From: Selaginella moellendorffii
Taxonomy: Eukaryota > Plantae > Lycopodiophyta
NCBI RefSeq assembly: GCF_000143415.4
Contig: NW_003314287.1
Location: forward strand, 1,076,203 to 1,140,202
Direction of reading: 5' to 3'
Length of the DNA: 64,000 bases
The notes beneath the pieces are model-generated. The model ran no database searches, had not been told where the DNA came from, and was given only the letters and a program-made list of their open reading frames with translations. This document shows positions 25,364-37,018 of the stretch, piece after piece (within the stretch, counting starts at the first letter, position 1; each line of letters begins with the position of its first letter). Both the position numbers and the translations under genes were made by a program.

Positions 25364-26123
25364 TCACAAGCTCATAGTCAGATCGTCTTCCTCCTGTGCG
25401 TTTAGCACTTTAATCCTCCACTCGCTCTCTTTCTTCTCAGTCAGAGAATCGTCCACCACAACTGCCAGAGGATTCGTCACTTCGATCCGCCACCCGGGGT
25501 CCTGAAAGATCGCATTCCTGCACTGTTTCCTTCGAGATAACATCCATCGCCCTAGCAAAAAGCACGCAAGCAGCACCAAGATCGCAACCAAAACCCAGAG
25601 AAGAAGCTGGAGCAGCGACCACGGCGTCCTACGAGCCACTGTAACTACTGCCGCGGGTGTCGGTGTGGCCACTGCTGCGTTGTGACCGTGGCGACGGTGG
25701 TGGTGGTGGTGGTGGTGCTGGTGGCGTCCTCCATGATGGTGACCATGGTGATGGTGGTGACAACCAGAGGAGCTCCATCACCGTGATGATGATGGCACAC
25801 CGCTGCTGGCGAGCATGATCAAGGAGAGCAGGCGCTGGAGCTCGATCACCAGGGAGGTGGCCGCGAGCATGAACGAAAGCAGCTGGCGCTGGAGCCGGAG
25901 CTGGAACTGGAGCGCCACCTTGAAGACCTGGAGCTAAAGCTGGCGCTGGCTCGTGGCCTCCATGAGATGCTCGAGGATGGTGGTGTCCATGCGCTGCTCG
26001 ATGCGCTGGAGCTGGAGCTCGCGGGTGTGAAGCTCGATGATGGCCGCCATGCCGGGGCGCTCCAAGCGTTGGAGGCCCATGATCGCGAGAGACCATAGCT
26101 TCTTGATGGAGAGAAGCATCCAT
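25364..26123 (-). pseudogene. Frameshifted copy of the His-rich membrane protein
   Basis: Same sequence as 20228-21007 with a 19-nt and a 1-nt deletion near 25760-25810. Confidence 0.75.
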
Positions 26124-26175
26124 ACCTGACGAAAGTGCGCGTTAGAAAAATCCAAGCGAGAAAGTATAACCTAAC

Positions 26176-26426
26176 CTTGACTTGGAAAAAAATAGTAAAA
26201 CTTTTGCCTTTGTGTGAAAAAAAGGGAACTGGTTTTTACGCTGTGGATTGCGCGGCGAGTTGGATCCTCCCCAAAGTCATTGTCGTCGATGGAAGCGTTC
26301 CGGTACTGCTGGTACACGGTCACCAGATCGTTGAGATTGCTCTCCGCCTCAGAGAACTCGAGCTCGTCCATCTCCTCGCTGGTGTACCAGTGGAGAAACG
26401 CCTTGCGCCGGACCATGAGCATCAAC
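26176..26426 (-). pseudogene. Beta-tubulin-derived exon (right arm; open frame)
   Basis: [38 protein letters not shown] matches the beta-tubulin motif [37 protein letters not shown]; AG/GT boundaries. Confidence 0.88.
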
Positions 26427-27486
26427 CTATTTGTGAAACAATCGACTATTCAAGAAGAGTGGAAAGACAAAGTTTGTGTGAGCACATTCCTAGCTGTGCT
26501 TGAGCTTGTCCTTGAATTCCTGCTGGAACTTCTCCAAACACTCCAGCTCCATAGTCGAATTCCTCGAATCCGGAAAAGGAAGAGGGCGAGAAGCAGAAGC
26601 ATCCAAGTTGGGAGAGTCTTCCATGGAATCAATGAGGTCTGGAAGCTCATCTTTCATGTTTCCAAGGAGAGAGTGGAGGTCTTGATCTTGTTTGACAGGC
26701 GCAGTTGGCTTCGTTTTTACTTCGTGTGCAACACCAAAGAAGAGAGACGCGAGGAGCTGTGCCTGATGACATACAAGCAGGAAAAGACTAAAGACGGCGC
26801 TAGCAAGTTCGCTTCTGCTGCCGAACTTGCAGATCATGGTCCTCCAGAACGTCCGCCAGCAATCTTTCAGTGTTTCCCAGAAATATTTTCATAAGAGTCA
26901 CCAGCTTTGCTCGTGAAACTTACTTGCCGGCGTAGCCGATCAAGTATCTTCCAGATTATAAAAGCTCCCAGAGGCATCCCCAGACGCCAAGCAGCACTAC
27001 GCATTTTGGTGATCCTCAACAAAGAGCAGGAGTTTTAAATCCAATCGAAAGAAAAAAATCCAGGTAAAGGATGAGAAGTCACCTGAAACGGCTGAATCGC
27101 TTGAATCACACGACTTTGGATCATCGATTTGTATCTCGCGAATCAGCCTGTTCCCGCGATTGGCTATGGGTAAGGAGCCACAAAATATCAGATCCCAGAT
27201 CAAGCATGGAACATTCAATTTCAGGGCTGAACGCATTCAGCCTTCATGCTAAGAGATTGTGATGGGAATGGCACGACTGCTGCCAAGCATGTTGTGTAAC
27301 ACATTCGCCAATGTGTGTTTGGTTTGGGTGAGCGCTAAGAAAACACTCCCCCATAATCAGTTTACAGTTTAAGTTTAAATGGTCATCTTCATTGAGAAGC
27401 CCTTTGTTAACCAATCCATAACAATCTAGATAGCATTATTTTAAAAAAATATTTTGTGCAAATTAGTGATAAAGTTTATTGAAATG

Positions 27487-27487
<1 letters not shown>

Positions 27488-27561
<74 letters not shown>
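27488..27561. repeat. (TA)n microsatellite, ~37 units
   Basis: Direct reading of the sequence. Confidence 0.97.
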
Positions 27562-27564
<3 letters not shown>

Positions 27565-27729
27565 GATAAAAAAGGTTAATTATAAGCAATTAAAAAGAAC
27601 AATTTGAGAAATAATTCATTCAGGTTTAAATATATAGTGATTTAGGATCCTAGAATATTTAGGGCAAGCATTTTTGGGTTTAAGTATTACTAAGTTAGAT
27701 AGCTTCTTGAAAAATCCAAATTCAAAAGC

Positions 27730-28130
27730 TTACATTTAAGGATCACATGTTTAAATTGATATTTGGTATATCATGAGACTTAATCAAGAGAGGATATCCA
27801 ATTTGAAGCAAGTACTATTGAGTGAGATTGGGCAATATGTTTTTTGACAAGATTAATGTTAACTTATTAGATGAGTTATTACCATAGTACTATAGGTAAA
27901 AATAAGTCTTTTATAGGCTTGCTATAAGTAGCAAATAAGTTAGTCTATAGTTATTTAGTATGACATTAGTGGATCTTTATTATGTATGATTATAAGTGGA
28001 TCAATCAAAATGATAAGGATTAGTTTATCTGTTCAAATAGTCATTATTGTATTCTCTCATAAACTTTTCTTAAATTAGATTAAAAATAATGTGAATACAA
28101 GTTTAATATTTAGTCAAGTTGAGTCTGAAC
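27730..28130 (+). mobile_element. Old diverged fragment of the 5' internal region of the element family at 29307-36434
   Basis: ATGATTATAAGTGGATCAATCAA..GTTCAAATAGTCAT..ATAAACTTTTCTT is shared with ~30700-30870. Confidence 0.7.
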
Positions 28131-28133
28131 ATA

Positions 28134-29000
28134 ATGCAAAGCTTATCCCTTGCTTTGAGTTGCCTTTTCTTCCAAACAACATCTCCTTTGCTTGCCACTC
28201 AGATTCCTCTTCTCTCAGCCAAGAGCTCAATGAATGGCTTATTTCCAACCTTGCTATCACTGACGAGAGTGCCAAAAAGAAGATCATTCAGTCAAGAGTC
28301 ATGCTCTTAGCTTGTTTGATGCATCTCAATAGTGAGTAAGGCTTTTTCTGCCTATAATCATGTTCTCGCCCTTGCCTGCAAAATAGTGACAAACATACAG
28401 AGATGAGAATGTAGAAGAAGAAGAGTAGAAGAGAAAAAAATAGAAGAGAATAGAATAAAAAACTCAGCCTCAAACCCCAAAAGTGTGAGTAAGGATAAAC
28501 ATATATTACTCTTTCAACTTTACTTTGCAATAACAACCATAGGTGGGATAAAATATGGTTAATTCAATGCAAATGTATATAACAGTGAATGGGAGTTGTT
28601 TTCTAGCATGTTTAAATGTTATTTATATACTACATGATTTTATAATCATTCCTAACTACTTCTCACATAGGTTAGGTCTTTCTTCTTTTAATGCCTAAAC
28701 TTAGATGTAACTCCATTTTGTCTAATTTTTCTTTTTCTATTCTGCTTGGAAAGATATACAAAATAAAATATTTACCTCTTCATCAAATGGGAAGAGGGAT
28801 AGAGTCCTCATGAGGGAAGCATTTGTGGGTATACTTCCTAGTGGATGACATCCTCTAAGTCAAGTAGCCAAGAAGGTTATGGCACCCTCAAATCCATCAT
28901 TTGGAGCATTGCCACCACTAGAATCTACAAAGCATCCAAGAAGCATAATCATCATTGTCTCATGCTATTGCTCTTGGTGGAAGTCATGGTAGAGCTCTGC
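28134..29000 (+). pseudogene. MTPSL pseudogene split by a ~450-bp insertion (~28337-28790), 3' truncated
   Basis: [38 protein letters not shown], then resumes at [17 protein letters not shown] and [15 protein letters not shown]. Confidence 0.88.
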
Positions 29001-29306
29001 AATCTACCAGGAGTTGACAGGGCAGCCTTCTCTGGAAGCATGACCGACAACAGTTTGTTTCGGACGCTCGACGCCTTCTCCGGTGGTGGATCAAGACATC
29101 ATCAATGAAGTCAGCCGTCACCTCCGGCATATCACAAAGAACCTCGTCCATCATCCGCTGAAAAGTCCACTTCCCATAGCTTTTCCTTTAGAACAACTAA
29201 GATGGTGAGTATGAGGTAGTTTAATAGCTTATTTGGACATGCACAATTCTAAGACACGTTGCAAAATAATTGATTTACTTTGTCATTGGAAATTGCTATA
29301 TGTCAA

Positions 29307-32300
29307 TGTCGTGCATGTGACTTCGGGTATCGAAAGTTACCTATCGGCTAGTCCTTACGGAACTCTTACCTTACTGCCACGATGGCAGGAGGTCGGTATT
29401 GCTGGACCCGTTATCAGTTTCCACCTAAGCTAGTTGAGAAACTGGTCATCACATGTGCACTTAGACCGGAAGGGCACTAAGGAAGGAAATCCTAAGTTGT
29501 CATTTAGTCAAGCAGACTTGACACGGTGATGAGAAACTCATGATGTTAGCTTGCACTTGCTAGTGTTAGGAACCCCCGCGATATTGAGATTGGTCCCTCA
29601 ATATTCGCTAGATGATAGCTTACCGTGTCTGCCAAACACCCTCGCTATCATGCCCTTTGTGTTAGTCTCATTTTGGTCCCAAATGCTATTTATGGAAAGT
29701 GTCCAGATTTGCTCATTTGGCATATCTACGGAATGTAGAGATCGGCCTGAACACAATGGTGTTCGTCCCGTGTCCAAATTCACAATCTAAGGACATTCCA
29801 TATTTAGTAAGTTTTGAGTTTGTCCCAGAGACTAACTCCTGATACTAAGGGAGGCTTGGGGTGAAAGCCCAAAGCGTGTGTTCCTCAAGGGGGGGGGGGG
29901 CTGTGGGGGGTTCCAAATGTATAGTAGGGATAGTGGGTAGGTCGGGCATGGCCGACCAACCTGAGGCATAGTCTAGCTCCCGCTTGCGTGCCTGTCCTTG
30001 TTCTGCGTCCGGCTTGGGTCTAAGCCCAAGTTCCATTCCATGCTAGCTGGTGGAGTACCCATATCCTCACGTTAGGCCACCGGTATGCCGAAATAGCGCC
30101 AGACTCCGTTTGGCTCCGTTTTGTGTGCTGGTCCTGGCATTGGTATGCTGGTTGCTCCAGGACTGTTCCAAGTCGCTCCGGGCTCTTGTCCCTTCGCTCC
30201 TTGGGCTATATGCTCAGGAGCTGCTCCGTGGTCCGGTTCCATCACTCCTTGGCGTCACGCTTGGGAGTTTGGCACCGTTCGTTCGTTCAGTGGCTCAAGG
30301 CCCTGAACCTTGGGTTCCTGTGGACACGTGGCATGGACACGTGGCATGTGACACATGGCATCTGTCACGTGGCACAAAGAGGGTTTAGGTTCCGCTTCGT
30401 GGTGTTATCCTATGGTAAATCACCATAGGATAAAGGGTCAAAACCACGTGCGTTACATTTGGTATCAGAGAATACGTCTCAGCGATACTATCCAATGAGA
30501 TTGGGCAACTAGTCTCATAGCATACGCAGAGATGAAAACGATGATCCGAGTGGGTACACGTTTGGGTGCAAAGGCTTCGCAATTGTTCCTTGGGTATGGT
30601 TTTGGTTACCATTTTGTACCGTATTATATAAGCTTGCTCTTGGGCTCATAAGAGGGTTTGCTATGAGTGGCAAATAGGCTGGTCCGTAGCTGTTTAGCAC
30701 GGCACTAGTGGATCCTTCCTAGGCATGATTATAAGTGGATCAATCAAGACTATAAGGGATTAGTCTATTGGTTCAAATAGTCATGGCTGTGCTCTCTTAT
30801 AAACTTTTCTTCGATTGAACTGAAGGCAGTGCGAAAGCAAGCTTGAGGTTTGGTCAAAGATGAGACCGAAAAGAGAGGCATCGGGGACGGAGGATCAAAA
30901 ACGTAAATCATGTTCTCTTCTTGGAGAAATGATTTGCAACGAGGTGTGACTCATTGCTCGTGTTCACATTATGCAATCAAGAGTCCCTATCTTGATGCAT
31001 GTTGGAGATGGTGGTCTTACAATGGTGAGTTGTGGGATGGATAGCAGTGAAACGTTAAACCATTTTGTCTAAAGCTTGCTATTGGAAGACTTGGGTTGCA
31101 ATGCTCAATTCTTTTCTGGGGAACCTTACTATTGCTCCTTGAGTAGCTTGGTGTTGGATTAGTGTTGAGTTTGGTCAGAAAGAGAGTGGCATGAGCTTGT
31201 CCGTGTTGTGAACAAAAGTTAGTGGTGTTGGGTGTCGTAAACCTCTATTGGTGGAGTGTGGCATTTATGTTGCATTTTGTCGAATCGAGTTGGCATTTGA
31301 TATTCACATGAACGTTTGAAGTAATGACATAAGCCTTGCTCATTGCGTTACTCAATTGATGATCAAGTCATTGTGATTTATATCATATCCATGTGATAAT
31401 GAGCAATGTGTTTACAAAGTTGCTTGGGTAAATGATGATCAACCCCAAAGTGGTTGATGGAGAAGCTAGTCTACTTGCACGAAGTAGCATTGTAGTAGCC
31501 TTGACTGGATTCTCAATGGTGGTCCATTATGCTAAGCTTATGTTGGTACCTTGTTTCCTTGAGGGTTTGCCCATAAGGTGTTGGGAATGGGTTGTAGCAT
31601 TCATTTGCTATAGCTCATCTATTGATCCGTTAGCACTTGGAATAAATTATTGGATGGAGAGGTGTGTAGTTGGGGCATTGACATCACTAGCACTTGTGTT
31701 AATGGAAATGGCATTGTTATTTCAAGTGATGAGGAATTTTCCTTGGACCTTGATTTTTCATGTCATTTATCTTGTTAGTGTTTTGGCTTCACATTGGATC
31801 TTGAAGGTGATTGAAGAAGAGTGTTAGTGCAATGTGGATATCCGAAGATGTGGTCTTAGTGATCAAGCCTTGGATGTTCATTTTGCAGTTTGTGGATGTC
31901 GGTGTTGGATATCGGTTAGATGGGCAAAGATGTTCGATGCTTAAGCATATTTTTGGATCATGAGAATTTTTGTTGAGGTGAACCTATGTGGGGTTGTTAG
32001 TAGGAGGAAGTTGGTTGAGTCTTGAAAGTTTGCATTCCTGGACTGAGAGTTATTCTTTCCCTAGGATGGAAAATTTTCCATAAATTTTCTTAGACTTTTC
32101 CAATGGCTGATCTATTGATCACTTTGCTCGAAAACCATTCCATTTTCGAAAGCCAGTACAAACTGTTGAAGGGGTTGGAGTTGGCTTCGGTTGGCTTAAA
32201 CCTTAGTAGATAGTTTGTATGATGCAGCCTGAAAGGGATGCTAACTTTTGGGGCTAAGGCAATTGAGTTGGATAGAGTCTGGAGTTGGTGTAGAAAAGTG

Positions 32301-35300
32301 GTTGTTGCACTTTTCTCAGAAAGGTGACCCTTGTACCTTTCTTTTGTAGCGTTATGCTTGGTGGCAGGTTGCACCTTGCATTACGTTAGACTCTATGAGA
32401 GTAGTGAGCTCTCACTGATCTTGACTTGGTCTTGGTGGCCCTGCGCCTTGGCTGAGGATGGTGATGTCCAACTTAGTTGTTTGCAAGCTGAGATGTTGGT
32501 ACCCGTACTATAGCTTTGTCTATGAGGAGGTTGTGTACCGATATGAGTCCATCTCATGGTCTTCACTTTAGTTTCGACTGAGTGTTGATCACATAGCTAG
32601 CCTCTTCAAGGCATGCTCAGAGCTATTGACTAAATGCATTGGTGAGCTTATTGCGGTTGAGTTGGATTCGAGTGGTCATTTAGTTTGTGCTTGTCCATGA
32701 ACTTTTATCTCATGTTTGAGGTATTATGTTTATGCTAGATAAGTATATAACTTGATGACAAGAGTTGGTGTTTGGGTCTTGTGAAGGCAAGTTGAGGGGT
32801 GATTGTTAGTTGCTTTGCGACTAGTGATTACTTGTAGACTTTGTCAAAAAGACTGTTGATACTTGCTTTGCTCGATGATGATTTAGCAGTGATGGGCTTG
32901 CTTTACTGGATGGTGTTGCGGAGGATCGTGTCATTAGGCTGACATGGTTTTTCCATGGTGGCATGTCAATTCCTTTGTCGATATCATTTGGTTACATTTG
33001 GTCTATAGTGTTGGATTTCATTGAGTCTTGGATGTGGTGATTCACTCCTTGATGATGTGTTATCTGTCACTGAGTTTTGCTAACGGATTGGTCTCGGATA
33101 CTAAGTATAGTATCTTCGACTTTGGTTAGCTTGGTTGCTGGAAAGCTCCGAGTGGTGATTCACTCTTGCTTTCTTCTAGCTTTGTCCTGATGTTGATGGC
33201 ATTGAAGTGATGCTTTGTCGTTGACATTGTTGATATTGAGACTTGAGTGAAATGAGCTATCCTTCTAAGGATTGATATTGAGTTTCATTAGTCTTGATGA
33301 ATATAGTGTTGATGATTTGGCTATAGATTTATGTTGTTGGCATTCGTGCATTTGCTAGTTAGCAACTGTGTTGACGTTCAAACAAACTGAGTGGCAAGTT
33401 GAGTTAGTAGTGTTCTAGACGAGATTATTTAGTAGAGGATTGAGCTTTAGCTTTTCCTTGAAAGGTGATTTAGTCGTGGACAATGCTACCTCTATGAGAG
33501 GAAGAGTTAGTGATTGGCATTGAAGTGATTAAATCCTTCTTGGATTTCAATTGAGATATATCAATCATTAATGATTTTTCTTGTGCTTGTTATGAAGTGA
33601 GTTACGTCTTGCTATAGATGGATTCATGGAGGATCATTTAGTGATCACTTGTTGAGCATAGCTCCATTGTGCTTAGCTTTTGGATTGATGCAGAAATGCT
33701 CTTCATTAACTTTGGCATTATGAAGTTTGGCTTATGAATGTGTTGAAGAAGACATTGTGGGTTGCACCATGATTTCTTCTTTAGCATTGAAGTTAGCTTC
33801 TATGAGACTCGTGATCATTATTAAGCAAGACTTAGCTATAGGCTTCTTCGAGCTTTGGTTCTTTGAGTTTTATGCTCATTGTTCCATTTGTTAAAAGTTG
33901 TTGGGGAAGGCATTTTTTGGCTCTTTAGCTTTGATGTTGAAGTTAGTATTTGCATCTAGCAATCATTGGTGATGATTGACTATCATCTAGGATAATTGAT
34001 TATCCATGTCAAAAAGTTTTGCTTGATTATTGTTGGTGTAGAATGGTTTGCCGTTCTTCGGGATGGTGGATTCCTTCTTAAACGATGATTATGCATCTCT
34101 TTATTGATGGAATGATTGATGATCTTTCATGATGGTTAGTTGTTCTCTTTGATAGCTTATGCCTTTTCGCAATACCACATATTCTTTGTGGTTTGCCTGG
34201 ATTGGTCTCTTGGGTTTGAGACGTCAGTAGGATGTTGCTGACACTTGCTTAGGCAACTTGAGTTCCTTGGTATTGTTGGCTGGGATCTATTCAGATTGGC
34301 TTTTGTGATAGTTGGCAGGAATGAGTGTTTGTTGGTCTTACCACATTCATTTTCTTTTGTTGATTGTTGCTCGAGTTAGTTTTGATAGATTTGGATGTTA
34401 TTTCCTTTAGGTGATACATTCGCGAGCATTGTGCTTGTTAGTCAATGATACTTTGTGTTCTTTGAGTTCTCTCTAGTAAGTTGTTGGCTTACTGTCTACT
34501 ATCTTCGATAGTTAAGTTTCATCATTGAGTTTCCTTAATGATATACTAGCTATTGAATTTTGTTGGATGGTCATTCCTGTGTTTGCCAAATTATGATAAT
34601 CTGTTGGTGGTTCCTATCTACAATACTACTGGTTTATCGGATGATAACTTGCTTAGAATACTTTTGTGTTCTACTCTAAGATATAATCACTAGTAATTAA
34701 GCTTCTCAGATATCATTGTCTCTGACTTTGATATTGTCCATCTATTGCTCTTTGAGTTTGGGCCAGTATAGGCAGATTGGCTTCGGCACTTCGTGTGCAT
34801 GGTGAAATCTCTAGTCATGGGGTAGCTACTGTCGACTGGTCACATAACCCGCCTCTCTGTCGATGTTCTTTATTTCGTTGAAAGGGCGTGACCGTGTAAA
34901 CAACTCTAAACTGCCTGTTGACAGTAGTCTATCTAAACCTTACCGACGAGTTTGGTTTCTTTGCTCAGGAGGGTTGGGGCCTCTGGCTTCTCTCTCTATG
35001 TCCCTGCGGGCAGGGCATATCACACTTTTGTAAGCTGGGTGACTCCCAGAGCAGCAGGGGTGGCTGACTCCGTTGGTCATTTCCTTGTCGGCGACGGCCG
35101 GAAGGTGTCTGAGCTGGTAGCGCATCCGCGTTAGACAAAGAGGTTGCCCCCTAACTCATTTAAGTTGGTGCATTTCTCACATAGTGTGAGTACCGTGAAC
35201 TTTTTATGGAGTTGTTTCCTTGGCGGTATTCTAGACTGGAGTATGCATCGACGAGGACGTCGATCTTCCCAAGGGGGGGAGAGTGTCGCGCATGTGACTT

Positions 35301-36434
35301 CGGGTACCGAAAGTTACCTATCGGCTAGTCCTTACGGACACTCTTACCTTACTGCCACGATGGCAGGAGGTCGGTATTGCTAGACCCGTTATCAGTTTCC
35401 ACCTAAGCTAGTTGAGAAACTGGTCATCACATGTGCACTTAGACCGGAAGGGCACTAAGGAAGGAAATCCTAAGTTGTCATTTAGTCAAGCAGACTTGAC
35501 ACGGTGATGAGAAACTCATGATGTTGGCTTGCACTTGCTAGTGTTAGGAACCCCCGCGATATTGAGATTGGTCCCTCAATATTCGCTAGATGATAGCTTA
35601 CCGTGTCTGCCAAACACCCTCGCTATCATGCCCTTTGTGTTAGTCTCATTTTGGTCCCAAATGCTATTTATGGAAAGTGTCCAGATTTGCTCATTTGGCA
35701 TATCTACGGAATGTAGAGATCGGCCTGAACACAATGGTGTTCGTCCCGTGTCCAAATTCACAATCTAAGGACATTCCATATTTAGTAAGTTTTGAGTTTG
35801 TCCCAGAGACTAACTCCTGATACTAAGAGAGGCTTGGGGTGAAAGCCCAAAGCGTGTGTTCCTCAAGGGGGGGGGGGCTGTGGGGGGTTCCAAATGTATA
35901 GTAGGGATAGTGGGTAGGTCGGGCATGGCCGACCAACCTGAGGCATAGTCTAGCTCCCGCTTGCGTGCCTGTCCTTGTTCTGCGTCCGGCTTGGGTCTAA
36001 GCCCAAGTTCCATTCCATGCTAGCTGGTGGAGTACCCATATCCTCACGTTAGGCCACCGGTATGCCGAAATAGCGCCAGACTCCGTTTGGCTCCGTTTTG
36101 CGTGCTGGTCCTGGCATTGGTATGCTGGTTGCTCCAGGACTGTTCCAAGTCGCTCCGGGCTCTTGTCCCTTCGCTCCTTGGGCTATATGCTCAGGAGTTG
36201 CTCCGTGGTCCGGTTCCATCACTCCTTGGCGTCACGCTTGGGAGTTTGGCACCGTTCGTTCGTTCAGTGGCTCAAGGCCCTGAACCTTGGGTTCCTGTGG
36301 ACACGTGGCATGGACACGTGGCATGTGACACATGGCATCTGTCACGTGGCACAAAGAGGGTTTAGGTTCCGCTTCGTGGTGTTATCCTATGGTAAATCAC
36401 CATAGGATAAAGGGTCAAAACCACGTGCGCTACA
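29307..36434 (+). mobile_element. Recent non-autonomous LTR retrotransposon (LARD-like) with a non-coding 4.8-kb interior
   Basis: 1151-bp LTRs at 29307-30457 and 35284-36434 (TG..CA, ~10 differences seen); 5-bp TSD GTCAA; PBS TGGTATCAGAG (tRNA-iMet) at 30460; PPT AAGGGGGGAGAG before 35284; no long ORF inside. Confidence 0.95.
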
Positions 36435-37018
36435 GTCAATTTGGACAAGCGAAGCTAGCTTGTGCAACTAGTAAGTATGCTTTTTATAAAAATGTGATCC
36501 ATCTCATGCCCTGAATATTTGGCCTCGTCTCCAATTTTTTAGTGTGATTAGCTCTTTAACAGCATGTTGTTTTCACTTGGAATCCTCTCTTACCCACCCT
36601 AGTGTTGAGTGCTAGATAGTAGTGGACTAGGACAAGGTGCTTAGATCGTTCAGAGCTTTGTCCCATTACTCAGGCCTGATCTCTTTGAAGAGCACTTTGC
36701 CGAGGACTGCAAGAATGAGAGGCTGGTGGCTGGATTAGCAGCTCGGTTGTGGCCTTCTATTATGGGAAACAAAATTGTATTAGAAAAAAAGTTCTAGAAG
36801 CTAGAAATGCCTAATTAGCATGCAACTAGTTATCCAACAACATAAAGAGACATAACAATCTATCACATCTATCTAGATAACTAGAAAAAGTTGTTGTGCA
36901 ATGCATGATCCATACATTGCTGGCTTTTGACCAAGATTTTTATAAAATTCACAGGAAAAATTCATTTGAAATAACTAACATTTCAGCACTTTAAAAAGTG
37001 TTATAGAAAAATTAGAAT

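Larger units (their letters stand above)
24332..26703 (-). repeat. Right arm of a large inverted duplication
   Basis: Identical ORF segments (e.g. TPWSLLQLLLWVLVAILVLLACF..EEDDLTMSL) appear on opposite strands. Confidence 0.93.

Noticed and set aside
28337-28790. Insert in the MTPSL pseudogene as a newly gained intron
   Set aside because: GT/AG-like ends exist, but I could not find a splice that restores the frame, and the copy has other lesions.
29551-30428. Duplicated ORFs (also at 35529-36405) as genes
   Set aside because: They lie inside the LTRs and are duplicated for that reason; no recognisable motifs.
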